From a virus (Duplodnaviria; Caudoviricetes), in the IMG/VR virus record IMGVR_UViG_3300009184_002810, positions 1-53,613 of that record: 53,613 bases of DNA; one strand, given 5' to 3'. Both the position numbers and the translations under genes were made by a program. The notes under the pieces are model-generated. The model saw nothing but the letters and a program-made list of their open reading frames with translations. It was not told where the DNA came from and did no database searches. Below, piece after piece: positions 1 through 8,755 of the stretch (within the stretch, counting starts at the first letter, position 1; the number at the start of each line of letters is the position of its first letter).

Positions 1-1214
1 CCTTTTCCGTCTGATACTGCATAGTCAATTAGTATTGAATCATATACAACTAAAAGAACTTTACTTTGCTTATCTTTTAGGTAATCTTTTAACTTATTTA
101 GTTTTTTTACGTTATTTACCGTTTCTAGGCATTGAATATAGTAGTTAAATAGTTTTTGAGGATTAGCGTTTTCTTGAGTAAGCTTTCTACCGTTTGGTAA
201 CTCTAAAAAACCGTTATTTGTATATGCAGTCCATATAGCTCTTACCGTATGATATACGTCTTCGAAGAATTCAATGTGCATATACTCCTCCTCTACTCCG
301 TTATACATCTGCCTAAATGTAATTTTCTTAGCTTCTTGGTATTCTTCAGGTGTTAGTTCTTCTTTATTGAAGTATTGTTTACCTAAATACTCGTGAATTG
401 ATTGATCTTGTGGAATATCGGTGTACATTGCATCGGCAATTAACCTTATATGGTATCCATCAAAGTCAAACTCTACAAAAGCGTCGTTTTGCGGTATAAA
501 AGCCGTTCTAGAACCGTTTTCTTTATTAAAAGCAAGGAAGTTTATACTATTAAATGCATTAGTAGGACGTGAAGTAATGTTATATAGGTTATAACTTGAA
601 TAAACCCTACTATCCTTTAGAGATCTCCCTTTCCAAGGAGTTTCAAAGTACTTATCAAAGAGCTTTTCATCTACTAAGATTCCCTGCTCTTCTACCCATT
701 TATATACCCCAGTGTATTTAGCCTGCCATTCAGTATTCAATTCTTTTCCTACGTAGTCTCTAACCATTTCAAACATACATTCACATCTTTCGTAATGTTT
801 TGAGATTGGGATAAAGGTATTTACCTGTGGTGAGTACTTAAACTTCTCATAGAAGTCTAAATGCACTGGAGTATAACAATTAAAATCCTGTATTTTACCT
901 TCTATATCTAAAACAGTAAAGTATAGGTCTATAGAATTAGGTAAATCTAGATAGTAAGAATGCCACTTCTTATCTAATAAGTAAATTTTAGGAATACCCT
1001 TTAAAAAAGTCTGAATTTCATCAACAGGTAGAGAGAAAGCTTCTGAATGATTAATTGGAATAATATAGCCTTTCTCAAAATCATTGTAATATAAGACGCA
1101 CGGTGTAGTTAAGGCCGGATGAGTGTGTTCAGACATCGACATTAACTCGATAAAGCATTTTTCCGGTCTAGGTAGCTGTGAGAGCTGCTCTGCTGTCTCA
1201 ATAATGAAATACAT
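1..1214 (-). CDS. polA: Compact divergent family-A DNA polymerase (3' end runs off window; missing from ORF track)
   Basis: Manual translation from ATG at 1214 (MYFIIETAEQ...) stays open to the window edge. Motifs: YNITSRPTN (TGRLSS-like), motif A FDFDGYHIRL, motif B EAKKITFRQMYNG, motif C VVYDSIL. Confidence 0.8.
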   Translation of the reverse strand, partial: MYFIIETAEQLSQLPRPEKCFIELMSMSEHTHPALTTPCVLYYNDFEKGYIIPINHSEAFSLPVDEIQTFLKGIPKIYLLDKKWHSYYLDLPNSIDLYFTVLDIEGKIQDFNCYTPVHLDFYEKFKYSPQVNTFIPISKHYERCECMFEMVRDYVGKELNTEWQAKYTGVYKWVEEQGILVDEKLFDKYFETPWKGRSLKDSRVYSSYNLYNITSRPTNAFNSINFLAFNKENGSRTAFIPQNDAFVEFDFDGYHIRLIADAMYTDIPQDQSIHEYLGKQYFNKEELTPEEYQEAKKITFRQMYNGVEEEYMHIEFFEDVYHTVRAIWTAYTNNGFLELPNGRKLTQENANPQKLFNYYIQCLETVNNVKKLNKLKDYLKDKQSKVLLVVYDSILIDYAVSDGK

Positions 1215-1228
1215 AACTTTTATTTACA

Positions 1229-1260
1229 GTAAAATAAGAAGGTCTTTTTAAAAAACCAAC
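1229..1260 (-). promoter_or_regulatory. Putative Bacteroidota-type host-sigma promoter for the polymerase gene
   Basis: GTTG-N20-TATTTTAC, resembling the TTTG / TAnnTTTG consensus. Same spacing recurs at 12512-12543 and 23364-23395. Confidence 0.55.
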
Positions 1261-1262
1261 TC

Positions 1263-1922
1263 TTATGGAGTTATTTTTGCAAACTTTGTATAATCTCCTC
1301 CGATAAATTCTATAATACCCCTGAAACTCTTTTGTTTAGCTTCTGTTACTCTTTTATTAGTGTTATAAACTCCTCCTTGAATTTGATACTGAGATTTTCT
1401 CGTATCATTCAAAGGACCAGTTAACTGCCATAACATACTTGTTGACTCATAACCTAAAACCGTGTCACTTATATTTCCATTTTGAATTTTAGTCCAGTCG
1501 AGTTGAGATATTTCAAATACAAACCCAGGACCGCTTACATTCTTAGCAAAATACCTTGTAAAGTATCCTCGTGCATAATCTGAATCTAGAGGGACGGGAT
1601 AATACGGGTTTAGTGAGGTTAATTCAAGGTTAGAATCTACTCCAGGATTTGCAGCAGCATACCCTCTTGCTGAGGTTAACTGTAAAGTACTAGACCTACT
1701 ATTTCCTGTAAAATCAGAATTATACTCATCTGTTACGTTAGCTTTTCTTATCGGAGTCAGTAATATGTTATTTCCTAATACCGGGTTAATACCTGTATAC
1801 GCCTTATCTTCGTAAGTCACATAATACCTGCCGGTATAAGCTTTTCGATCAGGAGTTAAGTACTCATTACCTCTCGTGTATAGGTTTGTTTTTATTCGAG
1901 TTAAAGGAAAATACTTTATCAT
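1263..1922 (-). CDS. Hypothetical protein, probably baseplate-associated
   Basis: 219-aa ORF overlapping the end of the hub gene by ATGA; last gene of the tail operon. Confidence 0.5.
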   Translation of the reverse strand: MIKYFPLTRIKTNLYTRGNEYLTPDRKAYTGRYYVTYEDKAYTGINPVLGNNILLTPIRKANVTDEYNSDFTGNSRSSTLQLTSARGYAAANPGVDSNLELTSLNPYYPVPLDSDYARGYFTRYFAKNVSGPGFVFEISQLDWTKIQNGNISDTVLGYESTSMLWQLTGPLNDTRKSQYQIQGGVYNTNKRVTEAKQKSFRGIIEFIGGDYTKFAKITP

Positions 1923-4900
1923 AATAATTTACCCGTGTTGTCTATGTAAGTTAAAAGCTTTCCAGTCTTCAATCCTATGTGTAAATGCGGATAACCCTGT
2001 AAGCGGGATGAATAATTACTAGGCCATTGACCTACATACGCTACTAAGTCCCCTTTTTTAACATTAGTACCTGCGGGTACTACTACTGAATCTAAATGAG
2101 TGTAGAAGAAGGTATTATTACTGCTTCCTATTGTAAGACTATACCCCCATACTGTGTTATTATTTTCACTAAACTTGACATTACTTATAGTTCCGTCGGC
2201 AATTGCATAAACTGGTGTTCCTGCAGCAACTCCTAAATCCCAGGCGTTATTATTTTGCCATATTTCCGGCAAATCTCCCCAGTTTGGATGTGCTGGGGTA
2301 TCGTACGCTAACCCGCTTTTTGCAGCACCGAATAGGTAGGTAGAAGTCTTTAGAGAATTTGTAGCTTTAAATAGATCTGTACCTCTTGGGTTATCTGATC
2401 GACTAGATACATTAATTTCTTGACTTTGTATTTCTCCTACAAGAGTTGAAGCTGTAACTTGTTTAACCTCGTTCCTTAGCTTAATCATTTGACCTTTAAT
2501 CTTGGTCAGCCATTGATTATTCTGAATTGTATGAGTAAGTCCAGTCACGATAAAAGCTACCTTTGCAAGCCCGTCTCTGCCTCTCAGTGAAAGCGGTAAT
2601 CTGTTTTGTGGAATAGTAAATGCATTACCCATTATAATACCGCTAATACCATCTAATGTCATCTCTAATTCAGCAGGAATAAAAGGTGCAGCAGATGTAA
2701 TTACATCACCGGACTTAACTTTAGACATTCTTTCAATATAATAGTTCTTAGCAAGGGCAATTCTATCTGTATTTAACTTAAAATTAGAATATATGTTTAT
2801 AATATGGTCGTTAAATAACTCAGCCGCTCTTTGATCATTCGATTCTTCATTATTTTTTGAGTTAGAATTATTACCAGACTCTCCATTAGAAGCATCTTGA
2901 ATATAGGGTTTATACCTATCTTGAAAGTTTTCATTTAAGTAACTTAAAGAGGAATGATCTTTTGCATTCACAGATCCTGTATTTGCTTGTGCTGATATCG
3001 CTATCATACTTGCAAGTTTAGTAGACATTACTGATTTTAACTGAAACTGTCTTGCTAAACCTAGGTTACCTGCAACAGGTAATTCTTGTGGATCGCTAGA
3101 AATAGGTAATAACCCTGCAAGTTTTTTATTGTTTCCTTCTTTTAAGTTGGACTTGTATTTCTCTGCACCAAGTATAGAGGCTTCTGTTCCGTTTAAGCTA
3201 GGTACCCACTGGTCATCTTGAATTTGAATTGTGTTGGAGTCGTCTCTATAAGCAGATCTAAAGGCATTTGTGTTTCCTAGAGATTTATTAATATCAACTA
3301 AAATTTGCTGTAAAAAAGGTTCTAATTTAACAGCATGTTCTGGGTCTGCACCAGCAGAGTTTTTTACAAGTCCTAGTAAATAGTCTACGTTTAATAGAAT
3401 ATCCATTATTCTTCCCTGATACGTATCGGTTTGTGTTTTGTAGGTAAGTCCTGCTTTCTTTATCAGTGTTGATACACCGTTAAATTTACCTGCAGGGTCA
3501 AATATAGGAGTTGCTTTATCAGTCCCTCGCCAGTTCTTTACTACATTTTCAGGAAAAATACTCTCATACTGAGGCTTTGTAGCTTGAAGCGGCACTAAGC
3601 AGGTTAAAGGATCAACGGAAAGTTGTTGGGGTGAGGTTAAGCAGAAATTTGTTTCTGGGTTAAAGTCGATGTAGACGTAAGGTCGTTTTGGAGTTCCTGT
3701 AGCTGCATTATTATTTGTTGTTAATTTAGAATCAGGTGAATCGTAAATTAAGCACATATTATTTAAGAAAGCTAATAGATAGCCGAAAGGTATGTATATA
3801 GGAGAGTACAGTACGGTATCGCTTCCCTCTTCCCCGCCTTGTCCGTATGCAAATGCAAAAGCAGTACATAACTTAGTATAATCTACTTTAGGTATAATAT
3901 CATAAAGGGTCGGGTCAATCATTAAGTTACTATTAAACCCTCTTGATGCATATGCAACTAAGAAATCCTTTTCTTTAAGGTCAGCAAATCTTTTAGGTAT
4001 ATTACTATCATTTAAAACCCCGTTCATTATACCGTCTTGAAAAAATTTTTCTGTTAAAGCACTAATATTAACTGCAAGACCTTTTACATTTGATTTAGCT
4101 ATTGCAACTTGGGCTACTGCCTGTACAATAGTTAGCATTGCTTGTAGTGCTGATGCAAAACCTTCAACAGCTTCTTGTTGATCAGTACTAGCTTTATTTA
4201 CAGTGCCGTTTGTATCTCCAGTGTTAGCTGTGTCTTTAGGTTTAGGATTTGTATCAGCAGGCGGTATAGGGGTTAATACATCAGCTATAAAGCCCGGGTT
4301 ATTAGTAGTTACCTTAAAGGTAATAGGTACTTTTTTCTTACTCTTATCTCCGTTATATCCTGGGTTTAATGCTTCTGAAGCGGCTCTATTAGACTCTAAA
4401 CCGTTGTAGTTTGCTACTATGTAATAAGTAGTGGTGCCGCTTATTTTAAAGTCTGAACCTACTCCAGAGTAAGTCACATTATCTAAACGGCTTCCATCAA
4501 TCTGCCATTGATCTAAAGCTACTAGTATGTCTGCTCTAGTTGGTTGGAAACTAGTATCGGTCCAGGAAGCTTGTATAGTAGTATTAGAAAAAGGAAAAAG
4601 TCTATTAGTCTCGTCGATTCTTACTGGTGCTACTAAGAATGAGTAAACTGCTTCAACTTTCCCGCCAGGTACTACTCCTGTTAAGGGAAGATCTACAGTT
4701 TTAGTACCTATTCCGATTACATTCATTAAGTCAAATGCCGTTAAACTTCCAATACCGGCCTGTCCTTTTAACCATTCTCCAGTAGCTGTTACAGCTTTTG
4801 TAGTATCTGTATTTGCAGCAAAGTATTTAGTAGCTGTTGTAAATGACCAACCTTTAACAGCACCTGTATAGCTGTCCATTTTGTCTTCAAGACTTCTTAT

Positions 4901-6295
4901 TTTCCCTCTAATATCTTCACTATTACCTCCATTTCCTTCTAGTATCCCCCTTATAGCCTTACTGAGTAGCTCTGTATCAAATTTAATTGAAGTTATAGTG
5001 GAGGGAGTATACCTTTTAAAGCCATAAGGCGCTTTATTGAGCCATAAACCTCCATAAGCTACTGAAACTGCGTTCTTAACATCTGGGTTAGTATTCTTGG
5101 TAAACGGTATATTAAAGGCGTAAAAATCTATATTTATATCATCTCCTTTAGGAATATAGACACCAATATTACTCGGGTACAGAAACTGGTATTTTTTAAC
5201 AAGAGGTGCTATTCCGTAAGTCTTAACAAAAGCAGCAAAATCTCCTTGAAGCCCATCGTATTTTTGTGCGCGCGCAAATAATTCTGGTACGGTTACAGGA
5301 ACTGGGTCGATTTGAGTTGTTGATGTAGTTTCGCCTTTAGGAGGATTGTCTTGTAGCTCCTTTAATAATCGTTTTGTTTCTGCTAACTGTGCCTGTATTT
5401 GTGCGTATTCACTTTTACTCTTCTTATACTCCTTTAATAGGCCGTCTGGTAGTTTGTAGGCTTGGTTAATTCTCATAGAATCCATTACAGATCCTAATCC
5501 TACTAGCTTGACGCTGCAGTCGTACCCTCCATCTTGATTCATAGACCAGTTAAAGTTGGAAACTATACCTAACATTCCATCGTAGTTACCAAAAGTGTTT
5601 CTTGCTTGAAATGCAATAGCTTGTTGTATGTTTTCTTTTCTCTGATTACCTTTAAATGGATCATCGATTCCAAATGCAATACGGTTAAAGCCTCCGTTGT
5701 TTTCATAATACTGAGTATGTCCCCATTCAAGTAACATAGAGTATCCTAGTCTAAAATAAAGAGCTTCAATTACATTAAGTTGGTTCATGTTCCAAACCTT
5801 AAACTGTATATTTGCTTGTCTTAAAGATCCTAAACGTCCTGTAGTCTCTATCGTGACTCCTGTTAGTCCAGGTAGTGGCCTATAGCCCATCTCTTCTGTA
5901 CCTCCTAAGCCGTATGCACCATCGGGTCCAATACCTGATCTTAAGTTAATTCCATTTCCTTTTTGTATAGAAGTTCCTGCTTCAAGAATCCAATTTTTCG
6001 CTAGAGAATCCGGTGCATTATAAGATAGTGTAGAATCTAAGTTAAAACGACTATAGTAAGTCTTATAGTCTTTGTCTGTTAATTTAAGTAAATTAGAAGT
6101 CGGCTGTAATTCAATATTCACAGAGGATACAAGACGTGCCGAACCCGTTTTATTAGCTAAAAATAAAATATCGTCATTTGACCTGCTAACTGTACTATTC
6201 TGTGCAGCTCTAATATAAAGCTGTAAAAGGACATAGTCGCTAAATGGTGCACCTATAACATTGGATAACTTTACATTAGTATCGCTAGTAGCCAT
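1919..6295 (-). CDS. Large baseplate hub / tail-tip protein with C-terminal M23 peptidase-like domain
   Basis: 1458 aa, downstream of tape measure. C-terminus has WDLGVAAGTPVYAIADG, YTHLD, VKKGDLVAYVG and PHLHIG, typical of M23. Confidence 0.7.
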   Translation of the reverse strand: MATSDTNVKLSNVIGAPFSDYVLLQLYIRAAQNSTVSRSNDDILFLANKTGSARLVSSVNIELQPTSNLLKLTDKDYKTYYSRFNLDSTLSYNAPDSLAKNWILEAGTSIQKGNGINLRSGIGPDGAYGLGGTEEMGYRPLPGLTGVTIETTGRLGSLRQANIQFKVWNMNQLNVIEALYFRLGYSMLLEWGHTQYYENNGGFNRIAFGIDDPFKGNQRKENIQQAIAFQARNTFGNYDGMLGIVSNFNWSMNQDGGYDCSVKLVGLGSVMDSMRINQAYKLPDGLLKEYKKSKSEYAQIQAQLAETKRLLKELQDNPPKGETTSTTQIDPVPVTVPELFARAQKYDGLQGDFAAFVKTYGIAPLVKKYQFLYPSNIGVYIPKGDDINIDFYAFNIPFTKNTNPDVKNAVSVAYGGLWLNKAPYGFKRYTPSTITSIKFDTELLSKAIRGILEGNGGNSEDIRGKIRSLEDKMDSYTGAVKGWSFTTATKYFAANTDTTKAVTATGEWLKGQAGIGSLTAFDLMNVIGIGTKTVDLPLTGVVPGGKVEAVYSFLVAPVRIDETNRLFPFSNTTIQASWTDTSFQPTRADILVALDQWQIDGSRLDNVTYSGVGSDFKISGTTTYYIVANYNGLESNRAASEALNPGYNGDKSKKKVPITFKVTTNNPGFIADVLTPIPPADTNPKPKDTANTGDTNGTVNKASTDQQEAVEGFASALQAMLTIVQAVAQVAIAKSNVKGLAVNISALTEKFFQDGIMNGVLNDSNIPKRFADLKEKDFLVAYASRGFNSNLMIDPTLYDIIPKVDYTKLCTAFAFAYGQGGEEGSDTVLYSPIYIPFGYLLAFLNNMCLIYDSPDSKLTTNNNAATGTPKRPYVYIDFNPETNFCLTSPQQLSVDPLTCLVPLQATKPQYESIFPENVVKNWRGTDKATPIFDPAGKFNGVSTLIKKAGLTYKTQTDTYQGRIMDILLNVDYLLGLVKNSAGADPEHAVKLEPFLQQILVDINKSLGNTNAFRSAYRDDSNTIQIQDDQWVPSLNGTEASILGAEKYKSNLKEGNNKKLAGLLPISSDPQELPVAGNLGLARQFQLKSVMSTKLASMIAISAQANTGSVNAKDHSSLSYLNENFQDRYKPYIQDASNGESGNNSNSKNNEESNDQRAAELFNDHIINIYSNFKLNTDRIALAKNYYIERMSKVKSGDVITSAAPFIPAELEMTLDGISGIIMGNAFTIPQNRLPLSLRGRDGLAKVAFIVTGLTHTIQNNQWLTKIKGQMIKLRNEVKQVTASTLVGEIQSQEINVSSRSDNPRGTDLFKATNSLKTSTYLFGAAKSGLAYDTPAHPNWGDLPEIWQNNNAWDLGVAAGTPVYAIADGTISNVKFSENNNTVWGYSLTIGSSNNTFFYTHLDSVVVPAGTNVKKGDLVAYVGQWPSNYSSRLQGYPHLHIGLKTGKLLTYIDNTGKLL

Positions 6296-6593
6296 TATTT
6301 ACTAAATTATAATTACTTAAAATTGACTGTACATTAGTAGGAATTCTTAATTGTATGCCGATAGGAGGGTATATAGAATCACCTGGTAGTGCATTTGCAG
6401 ATGCAATAACCCACCATAAGCTTGAATCTTGATAGAAATCAAGAGCCATTAAATCTAATCTATCCTCTACAGTTGTAATAATATAATAGTCGTCGTTAGT
6501 TGGCTGTATTTCAGGGTACACATTAGTTTGATAATAAGTACTTCCTGTTACATTTAACTTTGTAGTTGGTATAGTTTGGTATCTTGATTGCAT
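6285..6593 (-). CDS. LysM-like baseplate wedge / tail protein X-like
   Basis: EDRLDLMALDFYQDSSLWWVIASAN...GIQLRIP pattern; position in the tail module. Confidence 0.75.
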   Translation of the reverse strand: MQSRYQTIPTTKLNVTGSTYYQTNVYPEIQPTNDDYYIITTVEDRLDLMALDFYQDSSLWWVIASANALPGDSIYPPIGIQLRIPTNVQSILSNYNLVNNGY

Positions 6594-6595
6594 AA

Positions 6596-8521
6596 TTATA
6601 GAGCTAAAGAATTAATGTTGTTAGTGAAGACGGAGGTACTAACTCGATTATCAACGAGTGTGATATTCTGCTGCACAGTAGTTCCAACTGCTTGTGCACC
6701 TACTCCTGATCCTTCTGTTGGTACTAGAGGTCCTTGTACCGGTGTTAAAGGAGTTTGATTACTTTTTAATAGTAGTGTTTTCTGTTTATCTATGGTATCA
6801 GCATTTGGATCTAAATAACGGTCTTTATTTGCTATCAATGGTACGAATGAATTTAAAGAACCTCCATAGTTTCCGCTCTCCTTTCTTGGTAAAATATCCA
6901 TAATAGGTTTAAAGCTACATTGAATTGTTAACATATGAGGTAGTTGTCTAACATCGTCGTCAGCATATTCATTTAATAGAATTTCCCAAGGCGTATTACT
7001 GTTATCAATAGTAACGTTCACATTATCTAAAAATCCAGGTACTCTATAAAGATAGTCACCAATTGTCAATCTAACAACATTTCCGCGCATTAAATTATAC
7101 TCCGGAGAGTAGTCGGGGTATACTTGAGAGATTAATTGATTTACTTTCTTATATAAAGGTTGCATTTCTTGTCTACTTTGAGCAAGAATTTTAAAGCTAA
7201 AGCTAATACTTCTATCAAAACCTTGATAAGTTCTGAAGGTTTCCCCTCTACCTAGATACTTAAAGGTATTATATTCTGCAGTATTTGTATCACTAATTTG
7301 CCCTTCTAAAAAAGCTCTAAAAATCAAAGCTACGGAAAAAACAGGATTATTATTATCAATACACTCAAAAGCAAACTTAATAATATCGCTACTGTCTTTT
7401 TTGTTTACAGCCCAAGGGTCTGTTTGAGTCGGATCAAAAAAGAAAGGATTTAGTAGATTTAAACTGTCTTCACCTACTCTAGTACCGTAATCTACATAAT
7501 TTTTTCTTGCATTAGGTGCACCAGGACTACCAATATTTAGTCTATTAATTAAGCTCTTTGTTCTGTAGTCTGATCTAGGGGAACCTGTAGGTAGATAATT
7601 TCTAAAATCTTGTACTGTCGCCGCTATCGGCATTTTATTCTCCTGAGTGTTTTGATCTGCAATCTGCTGATAAGTAAAAGCTATTGTAGAGTAGGGTTGA
7701 GCTAATTTTCCGTTAGCAGTAAAGTTAGGATCTGGTGAAGTTATACTTAAGTAGGTAGCATCTGTATTAGTGGTTCTAAAAATTCTCGTAAAACCAATTC
7801 CGTATACAGATCCAGGTCCTCCTGAGTAATTAAATATTTGATTTTGTAAAGGTGATATGCCCATTCTATCTGCTAAGGAAGGGTCAATGCCGGCTGCGTA
7901 TGTCATATCCGGGTTTACAAGAAAGTTTGTATTCTGTATTAACTTTAAAGCTCGTAAAATAGCTAATCTATTAGTAACTTCTGTGTTATTTTGAGGTGCG
8001 CCTGCAACATACTGATAAGTTGTTCTTACACCTTCGTAGATTGTGGGACTTACTCCGTGTCTATTATAGTGAGCACCGGTTCCTTGAACCCCTACTTGTA
8101 TAAGGGTATTTTTTGGATCATAAACCTGCGTTACAGGTATAACTGCATTATCTAAAGATAATCCTACAAACTGTAATGAATTTGGTACTTGAGTTCTAGG
8201 ATTAGAAAGTTGTAATCCTTTTTGTTTCTGTATAAAAGCAGTACCGCGAGGAGAAGATTTAAAAAACTTTTTAATACGTTCGAAATCCACTAGTGCTGCA
8301 TCAGTAGTATACGTTCCGTTTACTAGAGAGCTTATCGCTCCCCCTCTTATTGGATAATCTAAGCTAGTTCTATTAAGCGTATAGAGGTCCTTAAAATCCG
8401 TAGGAGTATTAACAGTCTCAATAGGAGCTTGAATGAATGGCTGACCGCTATCACCACCTCCAGGTTGATCCATGCCAAATCTAAGACTGGTAAAATTCGT
8501 TTTAAAGTTTATTAATGGCAT
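6596..8521 (-). CDS. Baseplate / tail-tube initiator-like protein
   Basis: C-terminal FRAFL...YLGRGE...YQGFDRSISFSF...RLTIGDY...PGFL pattern of tube-initiator folds; follows tape measure. Confidence 0.6.
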   Translation of the reverse strand: MPLINFKTNFTSLRFGMDQPGGGDSGQPFIQAPIETVNTPTDFKDLYTLNRTSLDYPIRGGAISSLVNGTYTTDAALVDFERIKKFFKSSPRGTAFIQKQKGLQLSNPRTQVPNSLQFVGLSLDNAVIPVTQVYDPKNTLIQVGVQGTGAHYNRHGVSPTIYEGVRTTYQYVAGAPQNNTEVTNRLAILRALKLIQNTNFLVNPDMTYAAGIDPSLADRMGISPLQNQIFNYSGGPGSVYGIGFTRIFRTTNTDATYLSITSPDPNFTANGKLAQPYSTIAFTYQQIADQNTQENKMPIAATVQDFRNYLPTGSPRSDYRTKSLINRLNIGSPGAPNARKNYVDYGTRVGEDSLNLLNPFFFDPTQTDPWAVNKKDSSDIIKFAFECIDNNNPVFSVALIFRAFLEGQISDTNTAEYNTFKYLGRGETFRTYQGFDRSISFSFKILAQSRQEMQPLYKKVNQLISQVYPDYSPEYNLMRGNVVRLTIGDYLYRVPGFLDNVNVTIDNSNTPWEILLNEYADDDVRQLPHMLTIQCSFKPIMDILPRKESGNYGGSLNSFVPLIANKDRYLDPNADTIDKQKTLLLKSNQTPLTPVQGPLVPTEGSGVGAQAVGTTVQQNITLVDNRVSTSVFTNNINSLAL

Positions 8522-8522
8522 C

Positions 8523-8753
8523 TTAGGATTTATTAGAAGCTTTTAAATAATCTAAGTAAGTAGGTTGTGGCTTTGCACCATAAGTAACATCTATTGGATT
8601 TTGACTTACAGGAATTACAGAAGAGGCTAAAGGAACAGAAGAGCCTCTCAATACTGTCGTTACATTTTGAGGAGTACCTTCAAATTGTCCTGTAGGGTTA
8701 GTTCTACCTTGCTTGCTTAATTGCGAATCTTTTATTTGATTTAATACTGACAT
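8523..8753 (-). CDS. Small hypothetical tail protein
   Basis: 76-aa ORF tightly packed between tail genes. Confidence 0.5.
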   Translation of the reverse strand: MSVLNQIKDSQLSKQGRTNPTGQFEGTPQNVTTVLRGSSVPLASSVIPVSQNPIDVTYGAKPQPTYLDYLKASNKS

Positions 8754-8755
8754 AA

